Source: Octopus vulgaris
Taxonomy: Eukaryota
DNA length: 64,000 nucleotides
Direction: 5' to 3'
NCBI GenBank assembly: GCA_951406725.2
Contig: OX597838.1
Location: 33,046,001 to 33,110,000, forward strand
Shown here piece after piece: positions 26,544 to 40,841 of the stretch. The translations under genes were made by a program, and so were the position numbers. The stretch's first letter is position 1; each line of letters starts with the position of its first letter. Below the pieces are notes generated by a model that saw only the letters and a program-made list of their open reading frames with translations, was not told where the DNA came from and did not search any database.

Positions 26544-28520
26544 GATGATGGCAGTTCTTCCTGTTCGAAGATCGAGAGAAAGAACGGACAGCAAAGCCTA
26601 TGTTTGGAGTTGAGTTGAGCCTGTGACTACCAGTACCGTTCAGTACTTGTCACTTTCGTCTCTTCTCCATCGCTCTTCTTCTTCCTGCCTTTGATCTGTA
26701 GTTCTATGGTGAGAATCAATTCCGGTGAAATCGGATTCCAGTTCAGACTTAGACGTCTGACTACGGTGGCTCAGTGTGCTACGACGGCTGCGGATACCAG
26801 GAAATTGTAGGTTTCACATTGGAGCGGCTTTCTCCTTGGTGAACTGTCTTAGAGGGCTGGTGATATTCACTAACGCTGCAGCAAGGGTGTCAAAGAGGGC
26901 ACCGATCCGCCTGACAACTTTCTGTTTTCGTTTGCGATTTGGGTTGACTCCCTTAGTCTTTTCCTTTCCCAAGGCTCTCACAGCCGATGCTGGTATGTTT
27001 ATGTACCCGTAACTTAGCGGTTCGGCAAAAACGACCGATAGAATAAGTACAAAGGCTTACAAACAATAAATCTTGGGATCGATTTCTTCTACTAAAACCC
27101 TTTAAGGCGGTGCTCCAGCATGTCCGCAGTCAAATAACTGAAACAAGAAATAGAATAAAAGAACAAAAAATATACTTAAATTCATTATATAGAGAATTTA
27201 AGCAGTTATAAATCCCAGTTGGTCTATATGTGTTTCTGTGTTTATGTGTATAATTGCGGCTGTTAGATTGTTTCCTATGGCGGTTTTTGTTTTATTCTAC
27301 CTTAAGCTTTCTCTTAGGTTATATTATTTATTTTGGCCTTTCTCTGAGTAAGGGAGAATATAATGATTCAACGTCACTTATACTCAAGTGTTATCATTAT
27401 ACCTAAAACCCTAACTACAGTTATAACGTCATATAGACATATACACATGAAACGCTATATTAATGACATGTATGTTGAATATTTTAATCGTGTCCTTTAA
27501 ACTGTTATAAGAAAAACATAAATTAAGGGTTACAGAAATGCATACTTATTTATGCTCAGTTGAAAAACAAACGTGAAGAGAAACATTTTCTTTTTAATTA
27601 TTTTTTATTATATAAATATAACATTTTATATTATTTACAGTAGGAAAGATAACTTTGTCATGAAGAAGAACGACTATAAATTCATTAACTAATTTCTTCT
27701 TTCTATCTAATACATTAACCAACAAATCAAAATAGATTTGTGATTAACTTAGACATGGCATAAAAATTACCGATGTCTCCAAAAGAGTGAGTGTCGTGGA
27801 GTTGAGTTACATCCAACGAACACTGAAATATTTTCCAAAATCCAGGGTTTTTATAACTGCTCAAATTGACTAAAAAGAATCGAAATCCATGACAAATATT
27901 CTTTTCGAAACTTCTAGAATCTTTATATGAGCAGTTATATTAACCAATGGAAAAAACGAAAATGATAATTCTTCGGCAATACGACATTACGTCATATTGC
28001 CAATTCGCGCCACATTTCAAAATGGCTAAAATGGTTATTGCTACAATTGTATGCTATCTTCAGCCATTTTAGCGCAGTCCGAATCTGGAAAGGCAAGGCT
28101 ATCAGATTACAGGTCTGTTAAAGCTACACCATTTCTGTATTCACTGTACAGCAGTGTACCAAGTCCCCCGCTCACTGACTTTCAGTTAAAGCCTCACCTC
28201 CTGTACTCACTGTTTAATATAGTGCCATTTCCCCCTATCACTGACTTCCTATAAGGAAACAGTCACGTATTTAAAAAACTGAAACTCACTATAATCCCTG
28301 TTTGTGAACAAGATAACGTAGGTTGAAACAGAAACAGTTCTAAAAGTCGGCCACGACTAAAATCGGAATGACTCATTCTGAAGCCGGATGTTGTCAAGTG
28401 CTTTCGATTTTGAATTTGGCTTGCTAGATTCTTGATGCGAACTTGTGTGTTGAAACAGATTTTGTTGTGTCACGAGAGGGACATCATGCCAGTAACAAAC
28501 ACCAGCATTGATCCTGTTTC

Positions 28521-28551
<31 letters not shown>

Positions 28552-28714
28552 CTTCTTCTTCTTCTTCTTCTTCTTCTTCTTCTTCTTCTTCTTCTTCTTC
28601 TTCGTCTTCTTCTTCTCCTTCTTCTTCTTCTTCTTCTTCTTCTTCTTCTTCTTCTTCTTCTTCTTCTTCTTCTTCTTCTTCTTCTTCTTCTTCTTCTTCT
28701 TCTCCTCCTCGTCG

Positions 28715-28752
<38 letters not shown>

Positions 28753-28767
28753 ATTATTATTATTAAG

Positions 28768-28980
28768 AAAGCGGCAATTTGGCAGAATCGTTAGCACACC
28801 AGGCAAAATGCTTTGCGGTATTTCGTCCGTCGTTACGTTCTGAGTTTACATTCCGCCAAGGTCGACCTTTGCCTTTCATCCTTTCGGGGTCGATAAAATA
28901 AGTACCAGTGAAAGACTGGTGTCGCTGTAATCGATTTACTCCCTCCTCAAAATTGTTGGCCTTATACCAACATTTGAAAC

Positions 28981-29015
<35 letters not shown>

Positions 29016-29499
29016 GTTGGCCCCGTGCCGTCAAAAATGATGGCTAATTGTAGTATTTTATATATAAATAAGGTACAAAGCCAAATTTTTAGTTTAATAA
29101 TTCTTGTATTACCAAATTTTTATGAAAAATCCTTGACTTCTTGCTTACCAACCACATGGTTCCGGGCTCAGTCCTAGTTGGGCAAGTGTCTTCTACTATA
29201 GCCTCGAGCCGACCAAAGCCTTGTGAGTGGATTTGATAGACGGAAACTGAAAGAAGCCCTTCGTATATATGTATAAATATATATATATATGTATGTGTGT
29301 GTATCTGTGTTTGTCTCCCCAACGTCGCTTGACAACCGATGCTGGTGTGTTTACGTCCCCGTCACTTAGCGGTTCGGCAAAAGAGACCGATAGAATAAGT
29401 ACTAGGCTTACAAAGAATAAGTCTTGGGGTCGACTTGCTCGGCTAAAGGCGGTGCTCCAGCCTGGCCACAGTCAAAATGACTGAAACAAGTAAAAGAGA

Positions 29500-29505
<6 letters not shown>
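28768..29505 (+). mobile_element. SINE family B (28768-28980) and SINE family A (29140-29505)
   Basis: Matches to the two family consensuses. Confidence 0.8.
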
Positions 29506-29558
<53 letters not shown>

Positions 29559-30897
29559 CTCCTGTTTAGTGGCAACGATGGTGGCGTCAGCGCACAGTGA
29601 AAAAAATCGACGTATGTGCTAGTGTCGAAGCCTCCACTGGTCACCATCACCACCACCACCATCACCCTCACCATCACCACCACCATCACCATCACCACCA
29701 CCATCACCATCACCACCATCACCACCACCACCACCACCACCACCACCACCACCACCACCCACCACCACCACCACCACCACCACCACCACCACCACCACCA
29801 CCACCACCACCACCACCACCACCATCACTACCACCATCACCATCACTACCACCATCACCATCACCACCACCATCACCATCACCACCATCGTCACCATCAC
29901 GGCCACCATCACCATCACGGCCACCATCACCATCACCACCACCACTTAGAAGGTCCCACTTGTTGAAGGCCCTCTTTCCGATGATTGAACCCCGTCCTCC
30001 TCCACGCCGGACCGCGCGCCGACCGTTTTGTCTCTGGCTGTCTTTGATACAATTTAAAACCCATCGATGGCGCCCGGAGGCTTTATTGACGGGTTACCCT
30101 GCCTAAAGGAGGAGAGTGGGGGAAGAAGAGGGGATGGACAAGAAGGATGAGGAAAAGGAGGAGGAGTGGTGGCGTAGGCACCCCAGGCTGTGGGTGAGCG
30201 TTTCGTCAACCTTTCACACTGATATTGCACTTGACATTTCATGCACCCTGTTGTTTCGTAAGGTGATGGAGGTGGTGGTCATGGCATGGGTGGTGGAGGG
30301 TGCGCTAGTGGTGGTGGTGATGGTTGTGGTGGTAATTGTGGTGGTGATGATGGTGATTGTGTTGGTGGTCGTAGTGGTAGTGGTGGTGGTGGTAGTGGTG
30401 GTGTTTGTGGTAGTAGTTGTGGTGGTGGTAGTGGGGTAGTGGTGGTTGTGGTGGTGATGATGGTGATTGTGATGGTGGTCGTAGTGGTAGTGGTGGTGGA
30501 AGTGGTAGTAGTTGTGGTGGTAGTCGTGATTGTAGTGGTAGTAGTGGTGGTGGTGGTGGTTGTGGAGGTGATAGTGGTGGTGCTGGTGGTAGTGGGGTAG
30601 TGGTGGTTGTGGTGGTGGTGGTGATGATGGTGGTCGTAGTTGTAGTGGTGGTGGAAGTGGTAGTGGTGGTGGTTGTGATAGTAGTAGTGGTGGTGGTAGT
30701 TATGGAGGTGATAGTGGTAGTGGTGGTCGTCGGTTTGGTGGTAGTAGTGGTCGTCGTTGTGGTACTAGTAATTGCAATGGTAGATGACAGAACACGTGAC
30801 GGTGATGGCGTCTGTGCTGGCGGTAGTAGCGTTGTTGATGGAGGGGGTTGAGATAGTAAAATAACAATATATGATACAGAGCAGCAGCAGCAGTAGC

Positions 30898-30940
<43 letters not shown>

Positions 30941-30962
30941 TTGGTGTTGGTGGTGTTGGTAA

Positions 30963-31009
<47 letters not shown>

Positions 31010-31671
31010 TTGGTGTTGGTGATGGTGTTGGAAGTAGTAGTGGTGGTGGTGGTAGTAATAGTGGTGGTGGTGGTAGTAGTAGAAGTAGTAGTGATGGTGG
31101 TAGTGATGGTAGCAGTAGTAGAAGTTGTAGTAGTAGTAGTAGTAATAGTAGTAGTTGTAGTAGTAGTGCTAGAAGGAAGAAAGAGGGCGAAGGATGTGAC
31201 ATACATAAATACAAACTCACACACATGTATGTTTGTATGTATGTATGTATGTATGTATGTATGTATGTATATATGTATGTATGTACGTATGCATGTATGT
31301 ATATTGTATTTATTTAAGGTCACCAGTTGAACGACCTTACCAGCAATGATATCTAATGTTCTCAATATCTAATTTGATTCGACATTTTTTTTTCTGATGT
31401 CACAGGAATATCGGAATTCACTCCAAAACTCCACACAGCTCCCCCCTTCACCCACACAGCCCCTTCTCTTTGTCTTTCTCTTCCTTTCCATCCACCCCTC
31501 TCTCCCTCCCTCCCTCATTCCCTCCCCTGTCACTTTACGTCTTTTGTTTCTCTGTTCCCCCCCTCTGTTTCTGTTGCTCTCGTTTTTCTCTATTCCTCTT
31601 GATACGACAATTCATCTCAACGAGCCGAATTAACTAGGGACGGGGCCTAACGCCATCGTTCAACTTGTAAA

Positions 31672-31734
<63 letters not shown>

Positions 31735-31738
<4 letters not shown>

Positions 31739-32056
31739 GAATTTACGAAAACAGCAAAAGACGAAGACGGGTGTGTAAACAACAAACAGATGTATTAGTT
31801 TAACGCTCAGTAAGTAAGAAAGTCTTTTAGATTTCGAGCCTACGCTCTTCATCAGAAAGGAACATATATATATAGTGAGAATTTACGAAAACAACAAAAG
31901 ACGAAGACGGGTGTGTAAACAACAAACAGATGTATTAGTTTAACGCTCAGTAAGTAAGAAAGTCTTTTAGATTTCGAGCCTACGCTCTTCATCAAAAAGG
32001 AACACAGAAATAAACAGAAAGAGAGAAAATGAAAAAAGGTTTAGTGGCTAGCGATA
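31735..32056 (-). mobile_element. Tandem pair of hammerhead-bearing repeat H1
   Basis: Units start at 31735 and 31875. The minus strand reads CTTT-CTGATGA-A-GAGC-GTAG-GCTC-GAAAT-CTA-AAAG at 31824-31859; the other copy has TTGATGA. Confidence 0.8.
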
Positions 32057-32333
32057 TTAATCTTTTACTCTTTCTTGTTTCAGTCATTTGCCTGCAGCCA
32101 TGCTGGAGTATCGACCCAATGACTTATTCTTTGCAAGCTTAGTGCTTATTCTATCCGTCTTTTTTTTTCCGAACCGCTAATTTACGGGGACGTAAACACA
32201 CCAATATCGGTTATCAAGCGATGGTGGGGGGACAAACACACACACACACAAATATATACCAAATCCACTCACAAGGCTTTGGTCGGTCTGAAGCTACAAT
32301 AGTAAACACTTGTCCAAAACAATATATATATTG

Positions 32334-32630
32334 TTGTATTTCGGGATGGTCATTTTTTGGTCAAAATAAATGCACGCACGATATACTTTTCTTCATTCGT
32401 TTACTACTGTTCTTATTTCGGTATTTTAGCTCATGTGAATTGTCCGGAAATCTTTCGTCACACATCTGTGACCTCGTTGGCGATACTTTTCGTTTTCGTG
32501 TGTGTCCTTGCTCCAACAACAATGGACATGAGTTAAAATATTAAAATAAGAAGATTAATAAACGAGTGAAGAAAAACTATATAGCGCATGTGTATATTTG
32601 GCAAAAAAAAATGACCGTCCCGAAATACAA
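32334..32630. mobile_element. MITE-like element with terminal inverted repeats of about 26 bp
   Basis: TTGTATTTCGGGATGGTCATTTTTT ... AAAAAATGACCGTCCCGAAATACAA. Confidence 0.7.
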
Positions 32631-32735
32631 TATCGGTTTCAATACGCGATTTCACTTCAGGAATCTTGCAACACAAATTGATAACCGTATATGTGTGTGT
32701 GTGTGTATGTATGTATATGGTATTATGTTAGTATG

Positions 32736-32805
<70 letters not shown>

Positions 32806-33533
32806 AAGAACCAAATTTAAAAAAAAGAAGAAAAACCATAGGTTCTGTGATCTGGCATCGATTTGTTCGACTAACCCCAACAAGAGGCGGGGGGTGTTCC
32901 GGAATGGCCGCAGTCTAATGACTGAAACAAGTACCATGATAATTCTCTCTACAATATCATGTTATAAAACAACAACAACAACAACAACTACAACGACTTA
33001 TCTATAAGCATTTATCTAAAACCAATACACACATGTAAAGCGAGACTCCAATAAACAGGATTTATAAATGAAATTAAAATTTTAACATCCTGCGCCATAA
33101 AGATTCGCCATTATTGACTTACAGGATCCCTTGTCGGCTCGGGAAAGAAATGGTTTTTTTTTCTTGTTGTATAATTAGTCCTGTGTATCTTGTTGCACTT
33201 TTTTGCTTCTGTCTTCGTTGTTGTTGCTCTTTAGCGTTTGATAAGGAAGTTAGCTTATTGTTGGTGCGTGGGGATGTTGTTTGAATTTGTAATTATTACG
33301 TGATGTGATGTGGCTGTTGTTTAAAATTGCTGATGTAGCTATTAGCGTAAAATAACAGTGTGAAGGCGAGTGGCTTTGTGGTTAGGGTAAATCGGCGTTC
33401 GAATTCAGCCGAGGTCGACTTTGCCTTTTATCCTATCGGGGCCGTTAAAAGAAGTACCAGTGGAGCACTAGGGTCGATGTAATCGACTTACTCCCTCCCC
33501 CAAATTTCCGGTCTTGTGTCTTTTGTAGAAAGA

Positions 33534-33601
<68 letters not shown>

Positions 33602-33733
33602 CATTATTATTATCATTTTTATTACTATTATTATTATTATTAATATTATTATTTATTATTATTATTATTGTTTTTATTATTATTATTATTTATTATTATT
33701 ATTATTTATTACTATTATTATTTATTACTATTA

Positions 33734-33805
<72 letters not shown>

Positions 33806-34239
33806 GTTATTACTGTCGTTGTTGTTATTAATGATGTTGCTTAATGTGAAACCTCCATGATGACGATGGTTACTACTGCCTGTTGTTGTTTGCCGGTGGG
33901 TGAGTGGGTGCGGGGTGGGGGATGGGGGAATGATTTGTTTGTTTTTGTTAGGGTAATGTTTGAAGGTTAACGAGTGTCAGTCACGTGATCGGGTCGTTTG
34001 AGAGATTTCTAAGTTATTGACCTATCAACGTTGGAGCGCCGGGTTTAGTAATTTTGGGAGTGTTGGGTGAAGGGATTTGAGGAATTCTGGTCGCCGACAG
34101 ATGGCTCTCTCGGTTGACCTCGTCACTCATCAACTAATATAATCTCCAGGGTAATTAGGAGGAGGAGGAGGAGCAGGAGGAGGATGTGGGTTACAGCTCC
34201 ATACACGCATATATATGTATATATATATATATATGTATA

Positions 34240-34311
<72 letters not shown>

Positions 34312-34579
34312 GCATCTACACGCACTCATATATGAGTATAAAGACATTGATACATATGTATGTGTATATGTACACACACACATATATACATATATATCTA
34401 TATGTATTTATGTATATGTGTATATATACACATATATACATATATATATATATATACCTATATACATATTTATATAATGTGATGTGTTCCATTTTCTATA
34501 TGCTGCCTTCTCAGTTTTTTTCTGCGTTTCTTCTATTATTCAATTTTTTTTAGTTCGTTTTGATATAGATATATGGTTT

Positions 34580-34632
34580 GCGTCTGAAGAATATGTTTGA
34601 TACTTCTCAACATATGAAACTATTAGTAGTGC
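34580..34632 (+). ncRNA. Minimal type I hammerhead ribozyme motif in an insert within (TA)n
   Basis: GCGT-CTGAAGA-ATATGTT..loop..AACATAT-GAAACTA-T-TAGTA^GTGC. It has a 7-bp stem II and a palindromic stem III. Confidence 0.65.
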
Positions 34633-34691
34633 TTTAATACACGTATTGTGACCTTAAAAAATAATAACTATATATATATAACGCAATGCAG

Positions 34692-34842
<151 letters not shown>

Positions 34843-34849
34843 AATTAAA

Positions 34850-35072
34850 AATAAATAAAACATATGAATATATACATACATAAACGTACGAACATACCTC
34901 TATATGTATATATACATGCATATATGGGTACAGGACACCAAAAAAAACGTCAGACACAATGAGAAACGAAAACATAATCACAAAACCAAGGAAATGGACA
35001 TTTTTTAAACAACGAAAAAATAGAGTACAGGACATACAAAACAAGGAAAATTCCCCTCCTTCAGTCGCCTTA

Positions 35073-35074
<2 letters not shown>
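34850..35074 (-). mobile_element. PLE pseudo-LTR family P1, truncated inside the ribozyme-like motif
   Basis: Near-identical to 13829-14054. Confidence 0.75.
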
Positions 35075-35158
<84 letters not shown>

Positions 35159-35476
35159 GTATGCATGTATAATTAATTGTGACAGAAGCAATATTAACAC
35201 CAAAAAGTAACATTTATCCCAACTCAGAATTGTATGTTCTGTTAGAACACAAAATACTGCGAAAGTTACCCCGAGAGAACCTTATACGCACCACTTTATA
35301 TCATTAAAGATATTGAAATATCTCAGCAGTTCCCTTACGCATAGCGATACGAATAACCTGGTGTTAGAACACTGCATACATTTGCTTCAGAATAGAGCGA
35401 TAGTCGAGTACAGAGCATAATACGGGATTATTTAAATAAGAAAAGAACAAGAATTTGCAGTTCTATAATTAGCATA

Positions 35477-35758
35477 TTGCGTAGTGGTTAAGAGCGCGGG
35501 CTACTAACCCCAAGATTCCGATTTCGATTCCAGGCAAAGACATTAATAATAATAATAATTATAATAACATTTTTTAATTTTTTAAATTTTTATTTATTTA
35601 TTTATTTATTTTAGACATTCACTAGTACAACACCAAAAAAACCCCAAATATATGGCACACTAGGCATAACAACAACATGAACTTCCAACCTGTTGTCTCT
35701 TGAGGTCTCTGGGTGAGACTTGGAGCCAACATGTACAAATATCAAGCAAAAGTCAAAC

Positions 35759-35849
<91 letters not shown>

Positions 35850-35891
35850 AATCCTTCAATAATGATAATAATAATAATTATAATAATGATG

Positions 35892-35940
<49 letters not shown>

Positions 35941-36002
35941 TAATAATAATAATGATAATGATAATAATAATAGCAATAATAATGATGATGATGATGATGA
36001 TA

Positions 36003-36043
<41 letters not shown>

Positions 36044-36221
36044 AATAGTAATAATAATAATAATGATGATGATGATGATGATGATGATGATAATAATAAT
36101 AAGAATAATAATAATAATGATAATAATAATAATAATAATAATAATGATAATAATGATAATAATAATAATAATAACAATGATGATGATAATGATAATAATA
36201 GTAATAATAATAATAATAATG

Positions 36222-36285
<64 letters not shown>

Positions 36286-36347
36286 TAATAATAATAATAA
36301 TGATAATGATAATAATAGTAATAATAGTAATAATAATAATAATAATG

Positions 36348-36408
<61 letters not shown>

Positions 36409-36463
36409 TGATGATAATGATGATGATGATGATGATAATAATAATAAATAAATGATAATGATG

Positions 36464-36520
<57 letters not shown>

Positions 36521-36666
36521 TTGAAAAATACCTTAGGAATGAGAACCCAGGTTCGAAAGTTCCCCAAGACACCCGAAGAAGGCTTGGAGGGTATATCAGC
36601 CGAAACGTTGTGTTAACAACAAACAGGATGAGGACAAATATCCGTCAAATGTAAATAATGTAAATA
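35477..36666 (+). mobile_element. Composite: tRNA-like head, expanded (AAT)n with a nested insert, and a hammerhead-bearing tail
   Basis: Head TTGCGTAGTGGTTAAGAGCG-CGGG-CTACTAA-CCC...GATTTCGATTCC (35477-35535). Tail GACAC-CCGAAGA-A-GGCT..AGCC-GAAAC-GTT^GTGTT (36568-36614). It interrupts a repeat that is contiguous at 14636-14795. Confidence 0.6.
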
Positions 36667-36979
36667 AGGAACAAGAAATTATACAATAACATCCATTGGC
36701 TCACAGTTGTTTCTGCTATAAGATGCAATACACTCATACTTGAATGTCTGTGTATCATTCTATTGTAGAAACCACGGTAGGCTAATGAAATTCATTATGA
36801 TTTCTTGTTCCCTTGTACCGCGTAATGAGATTGAACCCAATACCACTTGGTTGGAAAGCAAGCTTCTTAACCACGCCGCTATCACTGCAGCCATAAAGCC
36901 ACACCTGCAGTGAAACACACACACACACACGCACTTATATATTTGGATATATATATATATATATATATTTATGTATACA

Positions 36980-37077
<98 letters not shown>

Positions 37078-37173
37078 TATAATTTTAATCCAAACGGGAA
37101 AACAGAAAAAACAACAACACGTATACAATTACAGTATTATTATTAATAGGCGCTCAGGAAAGATGGAAGCAGG

Positions 37174-37281
<108 letters not shown>

Positions 37282-37501
37282 ATATATATACATATATCTT
37301 TTCTTTTTGAAGGCCAGATTTTCCTAGTTAACTAAAAAATTTGAAACTTCGTATACTGGTAGAATATGTCAAAAGAAAACATTATTGTAAACAAAATTGA
37401 AAACAAAATTGTAATTTGTAACTTAAACGTAGTTTAATTTTAAGAATTTTAACCAATGAAATCGCAGCATTCGAGCTCAAATTATTTACCTCTTCTATAT
37501 A

Positions 37502-37996
<495 letters not shown>

Positions 37997-38041
37997 GTGC
38001 GTGTGTGTGTATGTGTGTGTATGTGTTAATGTGTATATATG

Positions 38042-38118
<77 letters not shown>

Positions 38119-38152
38119 GTGCGTGTGTGTGTGTATGTGTGTGTATTTATTA

Positions 38153-38184
<32 letters not shown>

Positions 38185-38189
38185 GTATG

Positions 38190-38240
<51 letters not shown>

Positions 38241-38599
38241 CGGACACACGTATGTATGTATGTGGTGGGGCTTGTACGTGTCAGCGTAGAAATTTAAGCG
38301 GGGTCATTAGATGTGTATATGTGTGTGTGTGTATGTGTGTGTGGAGTGGAGTGTAATATTCAGAAATAAACACGCGACTAAAGGGAGAGAGAGAGTGAGA
38401 GAGAGAGAGAGAGAGAGACTTTACGCAATACCCCAATGTAATGGATACTTTGAAACGGTGGCGGGGTTGGTGATTCTAGGGGTGGGAATACCAAATACCA
38501 AAAGACGTCGGTTTTCATCAACGCGTGAACGCCCTTCGTTCTCTCTCTTCGCTGAAATCGGATTCTCTTTCCACGCTTTGGCTTTTAAAGACGGAATGC

Positions 38600-39365
38600 T
38601 CCGGGTTCAGTCCCACCGCGCGGAACCTTGGGCAAAAGTCTTCTACTATAGCCCCGGGTCGACCAAATCCTTTTGAGCGGAATGTTTCTGGTTCAGTACC
38701 ACTGCGTGACATCTTGGGCAAGCGCACTCTACTATGGCTCCGGGTCGATCAAAGCCTTCTGAGTGGATGTTCCGGGTTCAGTCCACCGCGTGGAACCTTG
38801 GGCAAAAGTCTTCTACTATAGCCCCGGGTCGACCAAATCCTTTTGAGCGGATGTTTTTGGTTCAGTACCTCTGCGTGACACCTTGGGCAAACGCCCTCTA
38901 CTCTGGCCCCGGGTCGATCAAAGCCTTCTGAGTGGATGTTCCGGATTCAGTTCCACCGCGCGGAACCTTGGGCAAAAGTCTTCTACTATAGCCCCGAGTC
39001 GACCAAATCCTTTTGAGCGGAATGTTTCTGGTTCAGTACTACTGCGTGACACCTTGGGCAAGCGCCCTCTACTATGGCCCCGGGTCGATCAAAGCCTTCT
39101 GAGTGGATGTTCCGGGTTCAGTTCCACCGCGTGGAACCTTGGGCAAAAGTCTTCTACTATAGCCCCGAGTCGACCAAATCCTTTTGAGCGGATGTTTTTG
39201 GTTCAGTACCACTGCGTGACACCTTGGGCAAGCGCCCTCTACAATGGCCACGGGTCGATCAAAGCCTTCTGAGTGGATGTTCCGGGTTCAGTTCCATTGA
39301 GTGGCACCTTGGGCAAATGTCTTCTAATATAGCCCCGGGCCGACCAAATCCTTTTGAGTGGATTT
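38600..39365 (+). repeat. Minisatellite of nine ~85-bp monomers derived from the B-box/CORE segment of a family A SINE
   Basis: A-type monomers at 38600, 38771, 38940, 39111 and 39281 alternate with B-type monomers. The SINE body resumes after 39365. Confidence 0.9.
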
Positions 39366-39584
39366 GGTAGATGGAAACTGAAAGAAGCCCGTTGGGTGTG
39401 TGAGTGTGTATGTGTGTGTGTGTGTGTGTTTGTCACCCACCACCGCTCTTGAAAACCAGTGTTGTTTTGTTTACGTCCCAGTAACTTAGCGGTTTCACAC
39501 AAAAAGATTGGTACAATAAATACCAAGCTTAAAAATTAAGTATTGGGGTAGAATTGTTCGACCAAAGCACTTTTGTTTTTTTTA

Positions 39585-40119
39585 TCTATGGACCCCTTCC
39601 ATTACAATTTTATTCTGCTGGTTCCCCATTTTATTCTGCCAATCAATGTTTGAAAACTATTTTGTTTTTCACACATTAACTTATGTAGGTTAAACTATGT
39701 AAAATGTCAGAGAAAGAAACCCAGCTGTTTCGTGCAATACATACCAATGCATGCATCTAAATCAGGGATTCTCAACCATTTCTCAGCTATGGACCCCTTT
39801 GATTACAATTTTATTCTAGTGGGCCCCCATAGCCATTAGATGTTTAAAAAACTAGTTTTATAGAAATTCCTTTCAAAATTCCTATTTCGTTTTTCACACA
39901 TTAACTTGTGCAGGTTGAACAATGTCAGGTGTTAGAAAAAGAAACCCAACTGTTTCTTGCAATACATACCAATACATGCATCTAAAACAAAATCTTTTCA
40001 GGGTCACCCAAAATGTTATTGGAGATCCCCAATTTACTATTTTTTTGCATGGAAACCTCCTCCCACTCAAAATTATACGGACCCCTAGTGGCCATATGCA
40101 GCCCGGCTGAGAACCACTG
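39585..40119. mobile_element. hAT-like MITE with a partial upstream duplication
   Basis: Imperfect TIRs CAGGGATTCTCAACC (39763) and GGCTGAGAACCACTG (ends 40119), with internal GGACCCC motifs. No clean 8-bp TSD was seen. Confidence 0.55.
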
Positions 40120-40330
40120 GAGTAAACTGGTCAAGCCATGGCCACCGTCAAATGACTGAAACAGGTAAAAAACGATAAAAAAAAGTACTGCAGGACACCA
40201 CATCGCGCCACACAGTTCCGCCTCGCACAATTTCCCACTCTACACCATACAACGTGACTCTCTTAAACAGATAGACAGGCCAGTCTATTGTAAGCCGCAG
40301 AAATGAGTGTTTTGGAGCCTTATGAGAGCA

Positions 40331-40371
<41 letters not shown>

Positions 40372-40681
40372 TCAGAGTTCATTTGGTATAGCCTTTTATC
40401 TTTTACCTTTAACGTATGAGAAAACACATTCATCAATTGAAGCATATGCTTTCCTGGATATAAGTAAAAGATGAGATGGCCACGGCTGGAATGTCTTAGA
40501 TCAGGGTTGATTTGAGGCACACCTGCAACAACAATAAAAATTAAAAACACACATACATACTTTAACACATACACACATACTCACTACCTCTGTCTCTCTC
40601 TCTCTCTCTCTCGCTCACACACACACGCACGTACACACACACATGCTTATGCATATATGTGCTCGTTTATATATGCATATG

Positions 40682-40741
<60 letters not shown>

Positions 40742-40798
40742 CATACATACATACATACACTGTTTGATTTGGCTTATAGTGGTGTTATCTCTAATTTA

Positions 40799-40841
<43 letters not shown>

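Noticed and set aside
26540-26975. Possible LINE 5'/endonuclease remnant on the minus strand; similar faint LINE-like traces at 59150-59400 and 62810-63120
   Set aside because: Only vague motif resemblance and no sustained reading frame. It cannot be supported without a profile search.
29597-30106. His/Pro-rich ORF resembling a transcription-factor or extensin segment
   Set aside because: It is derived from (CAC)n, and the unique part has no recognisable domain or splice support.
38600-39365. Regular array that could be mistaken for CRISPR
   Set aside because: There are no unique spacers, the units are SINE-derived, the context is eukaryotic, and no cas genes are present.
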